Source: Vicugna vicugna
Taxonomy: Eukaryota
DNA: 64,000 bases
Reading direction: 5' to 3'
Assembly (NCBI GenBank): GCA_013265495.1
Contig: MU058009.1
Coordinates: forward strand, 3,305,780 to 3,369,779
A model generated the notes under the pieces. That model ran no database searches and was not told the origin of the DNA. It was given only the letters and a program-made list of their open reading frames with translations. Position numbers and translations under genes: made by a program. Shown here piece after piece: positions 22,890-35,188 of the stretch. Numbering within the stretch: the stretch's first letter is position 1; each line of letters starts with the position of its first letter.

Positions 22890-23353
22890 CAGTTGCTGGA
22901 CATGCTCCCCTCTTCCTTACGGACGTGACTGTGTTGGGGGCAGCTATCTATCCAACTACAAAGAACACATTTCCTAGCTTCCTTTGTACCTGGAGGTAGA
23001 CACGTGACACAGTTATGGCCAAAAAGGAATCAATCAGTGGATCTTACTGGGTGGAGCTTCCAGGAAAATTCTATAAGGGGACTGGATGCAGGTGGCACAT
23101 CCACTTTTCGTACTTCCCTCATTTCTGGAACTAGGTTGTGATGACTGGGGCTGGAGCAGCAATTTTGCAACCATGAGGCAAAGACCAAGCAAATCTCAGA
23201 GACCTCAGCTTTAACATCCTTGAGCCATTAAACCAATGTCAGCAACTGCCCACATCTGGATGTCTCGTTAAGTGAGAAAAATAAAACCTGAGCTTGTTTA
23301 AGCTACCATATTTTTTTTCTGTTACATACAGTAAAACAGTCCTGAGCTGCACA
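22890..23353 (+). mobile_element. MLT1J/I-like MaLR solo LTR
   Basis: ACATTTCCTAGCTTCCTTTG, CACGTGACACAGTTATGGCCAA, GGAGCAGCAATTTTGCAACCATGAGG and GTGAGAAAAATAAAACC...TTGTTTAAGC. Ends ...GCACA. Confidence 0.75.
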
Positions 23354-23499
23354 GCCATCATGCTTTGCAGATACCCTAGTGAGTGAGTGAGTCAGCGTTT
23401 CTTGAATCCCTGCTCTGTGTGGCACCTTTTCAGGCACTAGCAGACCTCTGTCCTCAAGGGATCTAACCACTTGCCTTACTGGGTCTACAGGGCTCTGCC

Positions 23500-24596
23500 A
23501 GGCCAAGCTCCTGCCCCCGTCTCTAACCCCATTTCACACAGTCTCTTCCTCTTCCCCTGCCACGGTCCCACGTCCCACTGGTCAGCTCTGTGGGACCTGC
23601 CTTTCCCAGGGACGGGGTCTCTGTGCCCATTGTCTCCTGCCTGATGCTCAGCCTCCCCGTCTCTCCCACAGCCTGGCAGGGCTTCCCAGCTCTTAGCACA
23701 AGCGCTACCTGCTGTCTGAAACAAGCCCTTTCCTAGTCCCCTCATTTTTATTTTTATTAATTGAAGTACAATCAGTTTACAATATTGTGTCCATTTCTGG
23801 TCCACAGCATAATGTCTCAGTCACACATATACATTCATATATTCCTTTTCATATTCTTTCATTATAGGTCACTACAAGATATTGAATATAGTTCCCTGTG
23901 CGGTACAGTAGAAACTTGTTGTTTATCTATTTTATATACAGTAATGTGTATCTGCTAATCCTGAACTCCTGTTATCCCTCCCCACTCCCTTCCCCCAAGT
24001 GACATGTTTGTTTTCTTATGTCTGTGAGTCTGTTTCTGTTTTGTAAATAAATTCATTCATGTCATTTTTTTTTGATTCCACATACAAGTGATAGTATATA
24101 GTATCTTTTTCTCTGTCTGGCTTACTTCACTTAGTATTACGATCTCCAGGTCCATCCATGTTGCTGCAAATGGCATTGGTTCATTCTTTTTTATGGCCGA
24201 GTAGTATTCCATTGTATAAATATACCACCTGTTCTTTATCCAGTCATCTCTTGATGGACATTTAGGTTGTTTCCATGTCTTGGCTATTGTAAATAGTGCT
24301 GCTCTGAACAGTGGGATGCACACGTCTTTTCAAATTAGGGTTTCCTCCTGATTATAATCTCAGTGCTTTTTTCATTTCTTTTATTCATAGCACCATCATG
24401 ATTTGAAACCGTATTATTATTATTTTTAGATTATGTTTTTGGGTAAGTTTCTCTCTGTGTGTCCTGCTCTCCCCCCACCCCTGGCCCCACTGCCCATCTG
24501 AAGACCATGCTGGACCGCCTGTCTATCTCTCACAGTTTAGTCTTAGTCCCTGCAGAGCATCTTATGCAGGTGACACAACAGAGATGCTTGCTGAGC
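23500..24596 (+). mobile_element. L2 LINE 3' region, split by the L1 at 23745-24348
   Basis: Pyrimidine-rich L2-like sequence on both sides of the L1, ending in an L2-like terminus (...AGATGCTTGCTGAG). Confidence 0.45.
23745..24348 (-). mobile_element. 5'-truncated L1 (ORF2 C-terminus plus 3'UTR)
   Basis: ORF 24057-24323 encodes [42 protein letters not shown], the L1 ORF2 C-terminus. T-rich tail at 23745. Confidence 0.95.
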
Positions 24597-24599
24597 ACA

Positions 24600-25237
24600 C
24601 CCCATCCCCGTTATGTGCAGATCCCATATTTGCAAATTCACCTGCTCGCTACCGTTACCTGTAACTTGTAAATTGATGCCCGCGGTCCTTTTGAGGTTAT
24701 TTGCAGATGTGCGCAAAACCGTGAACTGTTTGAGGCACCCACCTGCGTGTTTCCAGCTGAGGTAGAACAAGGAGACGCTCTGCCTTCTGGCTTCGGCTCT
24801 CACACTCAAACAAGAGTCCTCCTCACAATTCTCTAGTGCTTTTCTGCATTTCTGTTGGTGATTTTGTTTTCTGTTGACGGTCTTGCTGTTTAAAGTGGCC
24901 CTGAGCGTCATGCTGAAGTGGGGTCTAGTGTACTAGGGGCAAGAAGGCCTTAGGGAGACACGTGTGTGTGTTAAGTGAGCTTTGTTCAGGGGTGAGTCAG
25001 TGTTACTGGCCAGGAATTTGATGTTAATGAATCGACCATATATATTAAATAAGGTGTCTATAAACACAAAACAAGGTTTTGTATTGCTGGGTTGACAAGA
25101 ATCAGTGACCAAAGACTTACAGGAGCCCCACCCCACGCCACCATACTTCCCCTAGGAGTGCCGGTCCGGTGACCTCTAATTCGGCATTTGTGTTGACTTT
25201 ACAGAGCATCACTACCAAAAATTACAAGCGTGGACTA
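24600..25237. mobile_element. MER82-like TcMar-Tigger non-autonomous element
   Basis: TATTTGCAAATTCACCTGCTCGCTA, CCAGCTGAGGTAGAACAAGGAGACGCTCTGCCTTCT, GCTGTTTAAAGTGGCCC and TATATTAAATAAGGTGTCT match the recalled MER82 consensus over ~640 bp. Confidence 0.75.
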
Positions 25238-26370
25238 CATTTGTTGGGGAATGTTCCAGTGTGCATGGGGTGCGGCCGTGGGGAGGCTCAGCGGCACACC
25301 CAGTGCACCGCCAGGCCAGGTGAATTGAGCTGTCAAGCCGGCAGAACCTGAGGTGGTTCATTGGGGGTGGAGGGAAGTCTCTAATTCTCGTGATCCCATC
25401 CTGCAGAAGGACTGCAAGGAGATGCCCCAGAATCCACAAGGTGCCCTTCGGTGGGGATGCTTTTGGAACGGGAATTCAGAGCCAGCACATCTCTGTGCCC
25501 GCCTGTGTCAGACGATTATGGGAAAGAAGAATGAGAAGGGAAACCGGCAAGGAAATGGACAGACAGCCTGCAGAGCGGTATTTCAGCTCCAACACAAAAC
25601 ATCCAGTAGTAATTATAGAATAACCTTCATTTAAATGCAAATAAGCCTGTAATTAAGATAAGGGACCTGCCATTTGCCAGCGTTTTCGTTGTTTCTTTTT
25701 ATTTTAAAATTTTTTTTGAGGGCGGGGTAGTGACAATTATGGTTTCTCAGACATCCCTCTGCTTTATTGGTGAGCAGTCATTATGTGTATGGATTGTGTT
25801 GTGAGCTCAATATTTGGGTGAATGCAGAATAGAAATTAGTGTCACTTACTGCCAGCTGCCCCCAGCAAAAGAAAAAAAAATGTGTTCAGTGCATACTGTT
25901 GACATAAGCAAAACTTCCTAAGTGGCATGGCCCTGGACGGCATCACATCACGTGCTGTCCCAGATCACCAGGAGCCCGAGACAAATGCGATGAGTCCGGA
26001 ATTACAGGAGGGAACAGACGGCTCTCTCGATGACTCCCAGCTGAGACGCTGGGCCTTGCAAAGCATCCACCCCTGCACCAGGCACCTTCCCCGGTGGACC
26101 GTGGGCAGAACCTAGGTTGCAGTTTTTAGACATTTTCTCAATAGGCTTTTCCAAGAGGGAAGATGTTGACCTTGGCCAGGGTCTGCATGTCAGTTTGTGA
26201 CACAGAACAAAGCTCTTGACCTCTTTTGCCAAGTTAACATCAATCATGTCACTTATCTCCTGCTGCTGACTCTGGTTGACTCACACACTGGTTTAGGAAA
26301 CGTCAGACCCCCGAGGTAGATTGAAAACAAAAGGACTGTTGGCAGGTGAGCAGTCATTCTGTCATTATTC

Positions 26371-26373
<3 letters not shown>

Positions 26374-26405
<32 letters not shown>
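26374..26405. repeat. (CA)n microsatellite
   Basis: Uninterrupted AC repeat of ~16 units. Confidence 0.95.
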
Positions 26406-26407
<2 letters not shown>

Positions 26408-29400
26408 CTTTTCTGTGGGGTTGTTTGTTTTTAGCATCTCCCAGGATCAGAACTATTCCAGATGCTTGGGGATACAGCCGTGACCCAGGCATCGACCCGA
26501 GATAAACCCCCCACAGCGTGCTCTGGACCACTTCTCCGGGCACATCTGGCTACTATTTCAGGAGGCTTCGCCCAGCCGCCTCCGTCAGTCCTTGGCGCCA
26601 CTTTTCTATAACTCATCGACCCCTCTTGGGATGGAAACTTACTTTTCAGTCAGAAAGCAGCAGAAGCAGAGGGTTACTGAGCAGCTGAGAGGTCCAGCAA
26701 GTTCAATTTATTCCTTTAATTAGCAAGAAGGTTGCTTTAATAGTTCATTAGCCATCACTTAATTAAAGGAAACTTTTTTTTTCTCTCCTAAAATATACAG
26801 AACTCAGACCCTCCCCACCGTTGTTCTCCAGCATTTCGTCAGGCAGTCCGAATGCTGTGCTGTAGGGCGAGCCACCGAGCTGCCTCCTTAGTTTCCTTTT
26901 AAATTGTGCTTTGAAAGGATACAGTGTCTATTTGCAGGCTCCGCTGCAAGAGTGTAGACGTCTGGGACAGTAAGCTGGATGCCCTGAGCAAAGGCAAAAT
27001 CAGATGCGAACCTGAGAGCGCTGCCTGTTTTCACGCAGGCTTCTCCCCGCCCCGACCCCCTCGCTCTAGCTTGTCCTCTGACACTGCTCTTCTCAACACC
27101 AAGAGTAGTTTACGAAAATTTATGTGCTTTAAATGAACACACCTTGGCTGAGAGGTGATTCCAGAACTGTCCTCAGACTCTCTTTATCTCTACTGAGCGT
27201 TACCTGTTTGTCTGGCTGCCCTGTTTCCTAGGAAACCTAGGACGCCCTTGAGCGAGTTTATACACGGCCACCAAAGACAGAGAGACATGTCGTTGGATTA
27301 ACTGGGGAACTTACAAAACTTTAATGCCTTTTAAGTGTCTAACGTTGTGTCCTCTGGGATGATTGTTAACTTCAAAAGCCATTTCAAGGATCAGTAAAAG
27401 GTGAGAGGAGCCTTTCAGAGGACCGCGGGGTTCCGGTTCATCACCATTCTTCATCACGCACACAGTGAGCTGGCCGGCTGGCTCGCGGCACCCATGGCTT
27501 TGTACACTTACCCTTCATCGTAGCTCAAGTGACACCTCCTGCACCGAGCCTCCTCTTGCTCCCCTAGGAACACGAGGACCCATGAGGTATTCCGTCTTCC
27601 CTGTTCTGTGAGATGCTTTCTTCCCTCTGCCCCAAATGCTGTGTGTATGCTGCTGGTGGTTGCTCCGTAGGGAATGGACCTTCCGGTCGTTGGCACTTAA
27701 CATTTAGGGAACCACAGGCAGCTCCTGCAGTCTGGGGGGAAGCTCGGGTGTGTGCTGCCAGGCCTCCCGGGGACTGGAAGAGGCCCCCTTCTCAAGCAGT
27801 GCGTTCACGTGGCTTCGGGGCAGGTGTCGCCTGTAGTTCTTAGGGAGCCTTGAACTGGGGGAGGTGGTTTCAGTTTCCACACTTCAGACTTAGATCTTCT
27901 GTGTAATGATTGAATAAGGGTGTCTTCATAGGTGTGTCTGCAGAGAATATCATGAAACTCGAGGGTTTTGATTCCTCTAGTTGGAGCCAGAGAGTTGGGA
28001 AGGGCAACCTGACCTTGAAGGAAGGTGGACGAATTGCAGGGACTCCCGACCTGGTGGTCAGTGGGCCCCCGTCACACGGCACAGAGGCCGGGACAAAAGG
28101 TGACCATTCATGACCCCCGTGGAGAGACTTGTCAGTGGGCTTGGGAGAGCCATACATCATCATTTAATTTTAATTTTCCTTTTTAATCCTTGTAGTTCCT
28201 TTTCCCCCCTAAACTTCAGTCACATTTTTAAACTATGGCAGTTCTGGGTGAGCTGTGCTGAGGGCCGTCATGGAGGTGTTTAGGTCTACATCTGGAGGAG
28301 GGGAGGTGGAGGAGGCTTGGGGCTGTGTTGGAAAGCAGCCGTGAGAAGTCTGAGGTCATGGGCAGAAAACCCGGAAGCAGTGACTTGGAGAGAAAACTGA
28401 CGAACAGCTGGAGACAGATTTGTGCAAGGCTTAGGCACTTCCCACTTGGGAAGGCGCTGGATTCCTTGCAGTTATTCAGATGGGCTTCAGCACAGCCATT
28501 TGGTTCTACAATTTGGTATCCAAATGAATGATCAGCTCCACCTGCCCTGGGAGGTTTTTTGACAAGAGAAATTACTCATTCCTCCTGGTCTCTGGCTTCT
28601 AACCAGTTAAAGGTGGATCCAAGGATCTACGTGGAACTCAGAATACAGCATTTGCTTTTTAATTGGTAGATGGGAGAATATAGGAAAACTCAGTTACCTT
28701 AAATTTGGGGATCTGCAGAATCTTGACAGGGGTGTGGACCACCAAGTTGCCACAGGATGAAGTAGAGATGAAACTAAAAGACATTTTCAGATATCTGAAA
28801 CAGATACTGCCAGTAATTCTGAGGAGCACTACCTACATTTAGATTGCTGGGAAATGTTCAGTTCAGCTCCAGAGTGGTGAAAAATACATGTTTTTTTTTG
28901 CCGTCCAAGTTCATGGACCCCCTGAATTCTATCCCTGGGCTCTTGAGGGGTCTGTGGGCCAGACTAAGCAGTCCTTCCTTAGGGAGAAACTTAATGAGCG
29001 AGAAAAACATCAACCAGCACTTTTTAAGAGTTTGAAGATGCTACAAGGCCCTGATATCTCGACTGCGCCTCCAGATACATCTCCACAGGGGATTAAAGTC
29101 AGTGAAGGTCGGTGAGGGTCAGTGAAGGCCGAGGAGTGTGTTTTTCTGGCCCCACTGCCTGGCCCCACCCCCTGTGCTACTCCAGAGCTGCCCTGACTTG
29201 AGTTTTTTCCTCTCTCCACCAGCTCCCCGGCCCGCCTCAGCCTCCGACAGCCTACCCCATTCTGAATTTCACATTATTCCTAAGTGAGAAGAATCTCGTT
29301 TAGTTTCCCCTCACTCTCTCTTGGAGGAAAAGCAAAACAAACACACAAACATGACGGGGAGCTTTCCTGAGGCAGACAGATTCATCTCTCTCCAGGACGT

Positions 29401-29799
29401 TTTCTGTTCACTTTTGACCGCAGTGATAGACTTGGTCAGCAAGCCCCAAGGTGGTTCACTAGGGATGGGGGAAGGGGCACCTGTGACGCTCACGGTCCTC
29501 GCCTGTCACCTGCTGCCGTGACGACCACAGGGAGAAGGGTACAGTCAGAAGAGCACGTGGTTGTTGGGGTGGACTTTTTGTTGCCCTTGCCGACAAACAT
29601 TGGAGTGACTATGACTTCGATGTTGTCTCTGTCACATTAGCTGTATTTAGACGTCAGGGACCATGAACGTCATCACAGACCATTAGCTGAGCTCCTACTA
29701 TGTGCCTGGCAGCGCACAGGCTGCTGTGTTGGCTGCAAGGAAGAATTCAGTGATGAACGTCTGTTTAGCAACTTTCAAAGATCTTGCCTTTGCTTATCC

Positions 29800-30212
29800 C
29801 TCCCCACCATCAACAAACCCCTCATACTCTGGCCTTTGGCTTCCGATGCAGCAGCTTGCAAAGCTGTTTTCCATTGCTCGCTGTTCCCTCTGCTTGAGAA
29901 TTTCGCCTGGATACTTCTGTCTTGCCTTTTATGACTCCCTACTGCCAAAGGCCTCCTGGGACATCTTTTCCCCCAACTCCAGGTCTTCCTCTGTGCTTTT
30001 CCAGGACCCACATGATCTCTATCATGCTCCTTGAAGTCCTATTATAATTACTAGTTTATGGATCTCCTACATTCTACTGTGATGTTCCTGAGCTCAGAGA
30101 CGGTGGACTTTTTATTTTTTTATTACCCACTTTATTCCCCAGTGTCACTCAAAATGCTGGAACACAATAGGAGTTTTAATGATTGTGTGATGAATGAGTG
30201 AATAAATGAATG
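29800..30212 (+). mobile_element. L2 LINE 3' end
   Basis: CCCCAGTGTCACTCAAAATGCTGGAACACAATAGGAG...GATGAATGAGTGAATAAATGAATG, an L2 terminus with a TGAA-type tail. Confidence 0.7.
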
Positions 30213-30264
30213 CACAGTCTGCTGCCGAATATGAATTTTAGGGAGGAAGGAATACAAGCCTTTC

Positions 30265-30700
30265 TGTCAAAGTTTATTACAGCTCATAATTTTGTGGTTG
30301 CAGAATATGGGAGGCTCCTCTTGGCAATTCTTCTGCTCCATGTGGCACTGAGTGAAGTCACTCGGTGGTATACGGCCGGCATATAAGCTTGTCTGGAAAG
30401 GTAAGGATGGCTTTGCTCCAGTGACTGGCGCCTCGTTAGCCGTGACTGAAAGGGACCAGGCTCAGCTGGGAGTACCGAGATGTGGCCTCAGCAGAACAGC
30501 GGCGGGGGGTGGTCAGCCTTCTTGTACGGCAGCCAGGGCTCCCAGAGAGAGTTCCAGAAGAGCAAGCCAGAAGCTTCAGGGCTTCTCCTGCCCTGCCTTG
30601 GGAGCACTGCTGACCTGCGTGTAGTGGCCGAGCACGCACAGGGGCAGCCGCGTCCGGGAAGAGGACACTAGCCGGTCACGCACACCTGGTGGCAGGCTCA
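30265..30700 (-). mobile_element. MLT1H-like MaLR LTR
   Basis: TTTATTACAGCTCATAATTTTGTGG, TTCTTCTGCTCCATGTGGC, GGCTCAGCTGGGA and GGCAGCCAGGGCTCCCAGAGAGAGTTCCAG are typical MLT1H motifs in reverse. Confidence 0.65.
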
Positions 30701-30799
30701 CCGAGGAGCTGGCTTTGGAGATTAGCTCCTACAGCTGTGACCGACCGCCTATTGTCACATCCCACCTTGGCTGAGTCTCTCTGCTCTTCTTCTGGAAGT

Positions 30800-31745
30800 G
30801 TAATTTTCACGCGTTTTCATCCTGTCTTCATTAATAAGAAGGAGAATTGAGGGCGACTCTCGCACATTTAGGTGGATGTGTGGCTGGATGAAAATCACAT
30901 GCATGGGACATTCACCATGAAATACAGGTCAACCTTGAGGGACATCTCTACTGGCCGGATAAAGGGCTCTATTCTTCATGCTGAAACGTTTGATGGATAC
31001 TTTGATGAATGTTCTCAGCTGCAGTGGGATCTCTTTCCTGAGGGAGTTTTGGAGGTGGATAGGGCTATTTTTGATGATCACAGTGACAATCAGATGTTTG
31101 TCACTAAAACTGCATCACATGCTGCAGTATATGGGACAAACCATACAGCAAAGAATCATCCTGGCCAAAATTCCGTTCGCACTCCTGTTGAGAAACACTG
31201 AATACAGAGCGATAAGCCTCCTATATTTGCTAACGTCACAACCTCGCGTGGTCATGATGAGAGAGACTGGCTCAGTAGCAGACTTCGTGGGGGAAAACCA
31301 GATTTTAGTTGGATCCAAGCTTAATAAGAGCCAACACCATGATACATCTGCCCCAAATGACTGTTGTCCTAGGCTCTGTGTCTAGACGTTTCAGTCCACT
31401 GCAGAGTGGTCCGAGGGCTCTTGGAGTTCTGTAGTCACATCTGGGCACCTGGTTTTAAGGGTGTCACAGGTGAATCAAAGAAGGGCCACCAGGAGGACAG
31501 AGAGTCTGGAAACCATGCCTTTCGAGTGGAAAACACGATCGCTGTCTTCAAATATGTGAAGTATTGTGCGCAAGAGGGATTAGGCATATTCTTTGAGATT
31601 CTAGAAAGCAGAATTCGTAAAAAGGAAGGAAGGCTTTTCTAACAATTAAAACGGTTTGTCAAAAAATAGTGCGTTCTGCCTTGTGGGATAATTAACCCTG
31701 CTCAGGAGCGTGCAGTAGAGCAGAGCAGATGGCCAGCGACCATGG
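30800..31745 (+). mobile_element. L3/CR1 LINE fossil (RT region to 3' end), split by a MER20-like element
   Basis: RSTLRDISTGRIKGSILHAETFD aligns to the CR1 RT segment [28 protein letters not shown] (~31224) sits at the FADDT position. Downstream AAGCTTAATAAGAGCCAACA, CTGGGCACC and GCTGTCTTCAAATATGTGAAG are L3 landmarks. Confidence 0.75.
31006..31200 (+). mobile_element. MER20-like hAT-Charlie MITE inserted in L3
   Basis: Begins ~GTTCTCAG, contains CAAAGAATCATCCTGGCCAAAAT and ends GTTGAGAAACACTG like MER20. Confidence 0.7.
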
Positions 31746-32759
31746 GGCGATTTGAAATGAACCGAATCACGAAGGGGACCCCTGTAGAGGTGGGACCTCT
31801 AAGTTACCCTCCATTATTATTATTATTGTTTTAGGACCCGTGGACGCATATTCATGAAATACTTCTGGACACCATCTCTCTGTACTTTTATAATAGCATC
31901 TCAGCTCTTAATACCTTCCTCTGGCTTTGTAACCTCAGCCATCGAAACTTCCGTTTCTTCAACCGTAACGTAGGAAATCATAGTGCCTGACATGTTTTCC
32001 TCACCGGACAGCGATGGTAACCAAGCGCCGTGATAGTATTAAACGGCAAATGTGAGCACACACGAGATGATTTACTTTGTTTTCCACCAAAGCTGTGCAC
32101 ATCATTGTGCATCCCTGTAGCTGCCTTACGTCTGAGAGAAGTGTTTTAGCATTCCTTTTAAAGGCCATTTTAGTGACTTGTAATTGTTTTCCTTTCCCTG
32201 ATAAGGTGTGAAGGTCTCTAATAGCTGTCAGCCAAGTGGCGTGGCGTGATTGCCGCAGCACTCACTCTCCTCTTACTGGTTGGCCTTTGTTTGATCCAGT
32301 ACAGAGAACAACTTTTGAAACCAGGGAGGAGGCAAGAAGGGGTGAAGGGGAAAGATGTTAGATAAGCTTTTACTTAAGGGATGTTTATTTTGGGAAAAAA
32401 TGCCATCATCATCACCTTCAAAACCCAATTGTGTGTTGGCATCTACGCTCTCACTTCGAGATGGCTCCGGACTTCGCGCCATAGTCCGGTTTCCTCTGCT
32501 TGCTGCGGGAGATCATCGAAAGGAAAAAGAACACATTGACTCAAGCCAACCTTTGTTGTTGTTTCTAAGAGATTCGCGTTGGCCAAATCAGCCCTTCTAA
32601 GAAGGAAAATCAAATTATTGTTCGTTTAACGTTTAATTGCATTTGTTATAGCTAGTACTCTGGCTTCAGGTGGAATTTATGGTACGCTAATGTGAGAGTT
32701 TTATGTGTTCTATGTCTGCTTTACAGCACTTTGGGGTCTCCTGCATAATCGACATGTAC

Positions 32760-33025
32760 AATACACTTATGCCCGTCTTATGTGAGTTGGAGCACAATTT
32801 TACAATTTTACAATTTTAAATGGTTATAGAAGTTTATCGTTATAGTTCCTCCCTTGTATTTTATTGTTAGCAATATCTACGATTTATCTGATGCCAAATT
32901 CTTGATATGAAACACAATTCCCAATTATAGCAATCTTCCTACAGGGAAAATGGTGTTTGGGTCCTAACAATCCACTTTAGTGTGAGATTTCTAGGAACGC
33001 AGTTACAAGATGAGGCAACAGTGTG
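32760..33025. mobile_element. Possible ancient Tigger-like DNA element
   Basis: AT-rich segment ending AGGGAAAATGGTGTTTGGGTCCTAACAATCCACTT...TTTCTAGGAACGCAGTT resembles old Tigger termini. Weak recall-based match. Confidence 0.3.
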
Positions 33026-34573
33026 CGTTTTCAGTAGGGGCAAGTGGCTGGTGTTGCTTGTGTGTTTGTTTTCTGAGGCTAAAGATGATAGTTCTTCCCA
33101 GTGGAACTATAAATAAGCCCCAAGGGAGTAAAAGTCATGTCTGATCTCTCAGTAGACACCCCCAGTGTTTGCCTTCAGTGGCACTGAGTTTTGAGCCATT
33201 CCTCCCTCTACTTTTCTGCAAGGGTTCCCACGTCAAGGGAAGGAATTTTCAAGAGCATCTTATGAAGTCCGTCTCCACACAAACAGAAAGAAGGCTGAGG
33301 TCCAGGGATCACCACAGGGTCTTGCCCTGGGCCATAGAGCTGGAAAAGGCCACACCACACTGAGTTCAGATCTGAATTCAAGCCCAGGGTGGTTTGTGGC
33401 ATTCGCACATCTCCTTACTATTGTGCTGCAGCGAGCAGGAGGCACCATTCCGTATCTGGCCCTAAGTCCCTGCTGTGGAAACACACCCCGTCCCCCAGCC
33501 CCGCCATTCTTCCGTGCCCCTCTGCAGGTGTTCTGATTGTAATCAATACTCTTCTGGTACATCAGGTAAAGTCTGGGAAATTCTAAAACCTCTGAAAAGA
33601 GAGGGAGAGCGCCTTTCAGGGTGCTCGAGGAGAATCAATATGACTGCCCCTTGTGATGACTGCCCCCCATTCGCCCACCCCTCTGGGCCCAAGGCCCCCC
33701 ACGCCCAGATCAGCCGGTTCCCATATGATTATTTATGTGCTGTCAGCCAATATCCTTCAGCAAGAAGAGCAGCAACCTTGATTTGTTTTCCCCCTTACAG
33801 CTCTGTTGCTGGAAGAGGTGGATGGAACATTTAATTTGGCATTAAATTCTATTCTGGGGCATCGTCCCCTGTGGCAAAGGTGATGCGGATGATTTGCATT
33901 TATGATTCTGCTCAGTTCAACTCATTTTTATGCCCAGGGAAGAGTCTCTGCTCAGGCTGTTCTTGCTTCTCTTGCAGTTTTATTTCTGATTTCATAGAGA
34001 CAGTTCCATGGAGTGAAAGAGCCTGCTTTCCCTTTGCATGCAGACTACCATTTTTCCATTAGAAGTGTTGGCAACAACCTTGTTTCTGCACATACGTGCA
34101 GAATAGACAGCGCCTTTGAATTCTGAGTGTAGTCCTGTTCTGGAGGGGGGTGGTCTGTGTCGGCGGCAGGCACAGCGGGGAGGTGGGGGGCTCGTCTCAG
34201 CTCTCCCTTCCTTTCTGTGTGCTCACCTCCGATTGCACAGCGGATGGTACCTCCAGCGGAGGGCTCACGCCTTTCTCCTTGAATCACCTTCAGCTGGGTT
34301 GACAGACAACTCGCTCTGTGTACTCGTGTGTTAGATCCAGGATACACTGGAAATCGTAATCACCTCTCCTGAGGTGCAATCTCTTAAAGCCTCAGCTTTG
34401 CGGAGCTGCTGCTGCCCCGGGCCTGCGGCAGCCCCCCGGCGTTTCCTGACCGCTGGTTCCCTGCTCAGAATGGCCCTCTGCTGCCGTCTGCCTTCTTTTT
34501 TTTTTTTTTCATTTCACCCATCAGCACTCAATCCCAAATTCCTTTCTCCACAAACAATAAAAAGGTTTGCCCC

Positions 34574-34962
34574 TGGTGAAAAAGAGATAGCAGGCCCCAG
34601 ATGGAGTCACCCGTGCTAAGGCACCACACCATGACTTCACGCTTCACCTAACTGCAGTTTCAGCCTCTCCTGGGAGTGGGGTCTTAAACCAGCCACACTG
34701 GAATGACCTGGCCGGCACTGGTCGGGGGCTCTGTCTGAGAGCCCCCTGCCGTCCCCCAAAGGAAGGTGACCTTGCCTGAAACAGTCCACTCTTTGCTGGA
34801 ACTGCCTTGTCTCGCCCCCTTCTGCCTATGGAAATCTTCTATTTTGTACAGCAATGCAGAGCTCCTTTCTGTCTGCTGGGTGGGATGCTGCCTCATTCAC
34901 GATCGTTGAAGAAAGACAACAAGACCTTTAAAATATACTCCGTGGAGTTCTGGTTCTCAGCA
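34574..34962 (+). mobile_element. Solo ERV1-class LTR
   Basis: TG start, AGATGGAGTCAC and ACCTAACTGCAGTTTCA in the U3 region, decayed TATA (CTTCTGCCTATGGAAAT), decayed poly(A) region (TTGAAGAAAGAC) and CA end. Near-TSD GCCC/GCGC. Confidence 0.65.
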
Positions 34963-35188
34963 GCGCCGCTTTCCTCCTCCCACCGCAGCACCGACCACAT
35001 GAATCCCCCCATCGTCTCCCAGGCTTCGGTCTAGTCTCCTACTTCAGCGTGTACTTGGCTGGGGGCAGCCTGTGTGTGGAGTCCTGTGGGGAGACAGCAG
35101 AGGGGAAGGGAGGAACTGAGTCGGGGTCTGCCAGAGAGCTGGGCCTCCTCCCCGTCCCTCCCCCTTGCCCCTTGCCCCTTCAAGGGTT

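Noticed and set aside
32467..32489. Hairpin CCGGACT...AGTCCGG as structured RNA or miRNA
   Set aside because: A 7-bp stem is too short and is expected by chance in 64 kb.
33801..33817. Possible 17-nt microexon after TTTTCCCCCTTACAG
   Set aside because: The donor GTGGAT is weak and the length is not a multiple of three.
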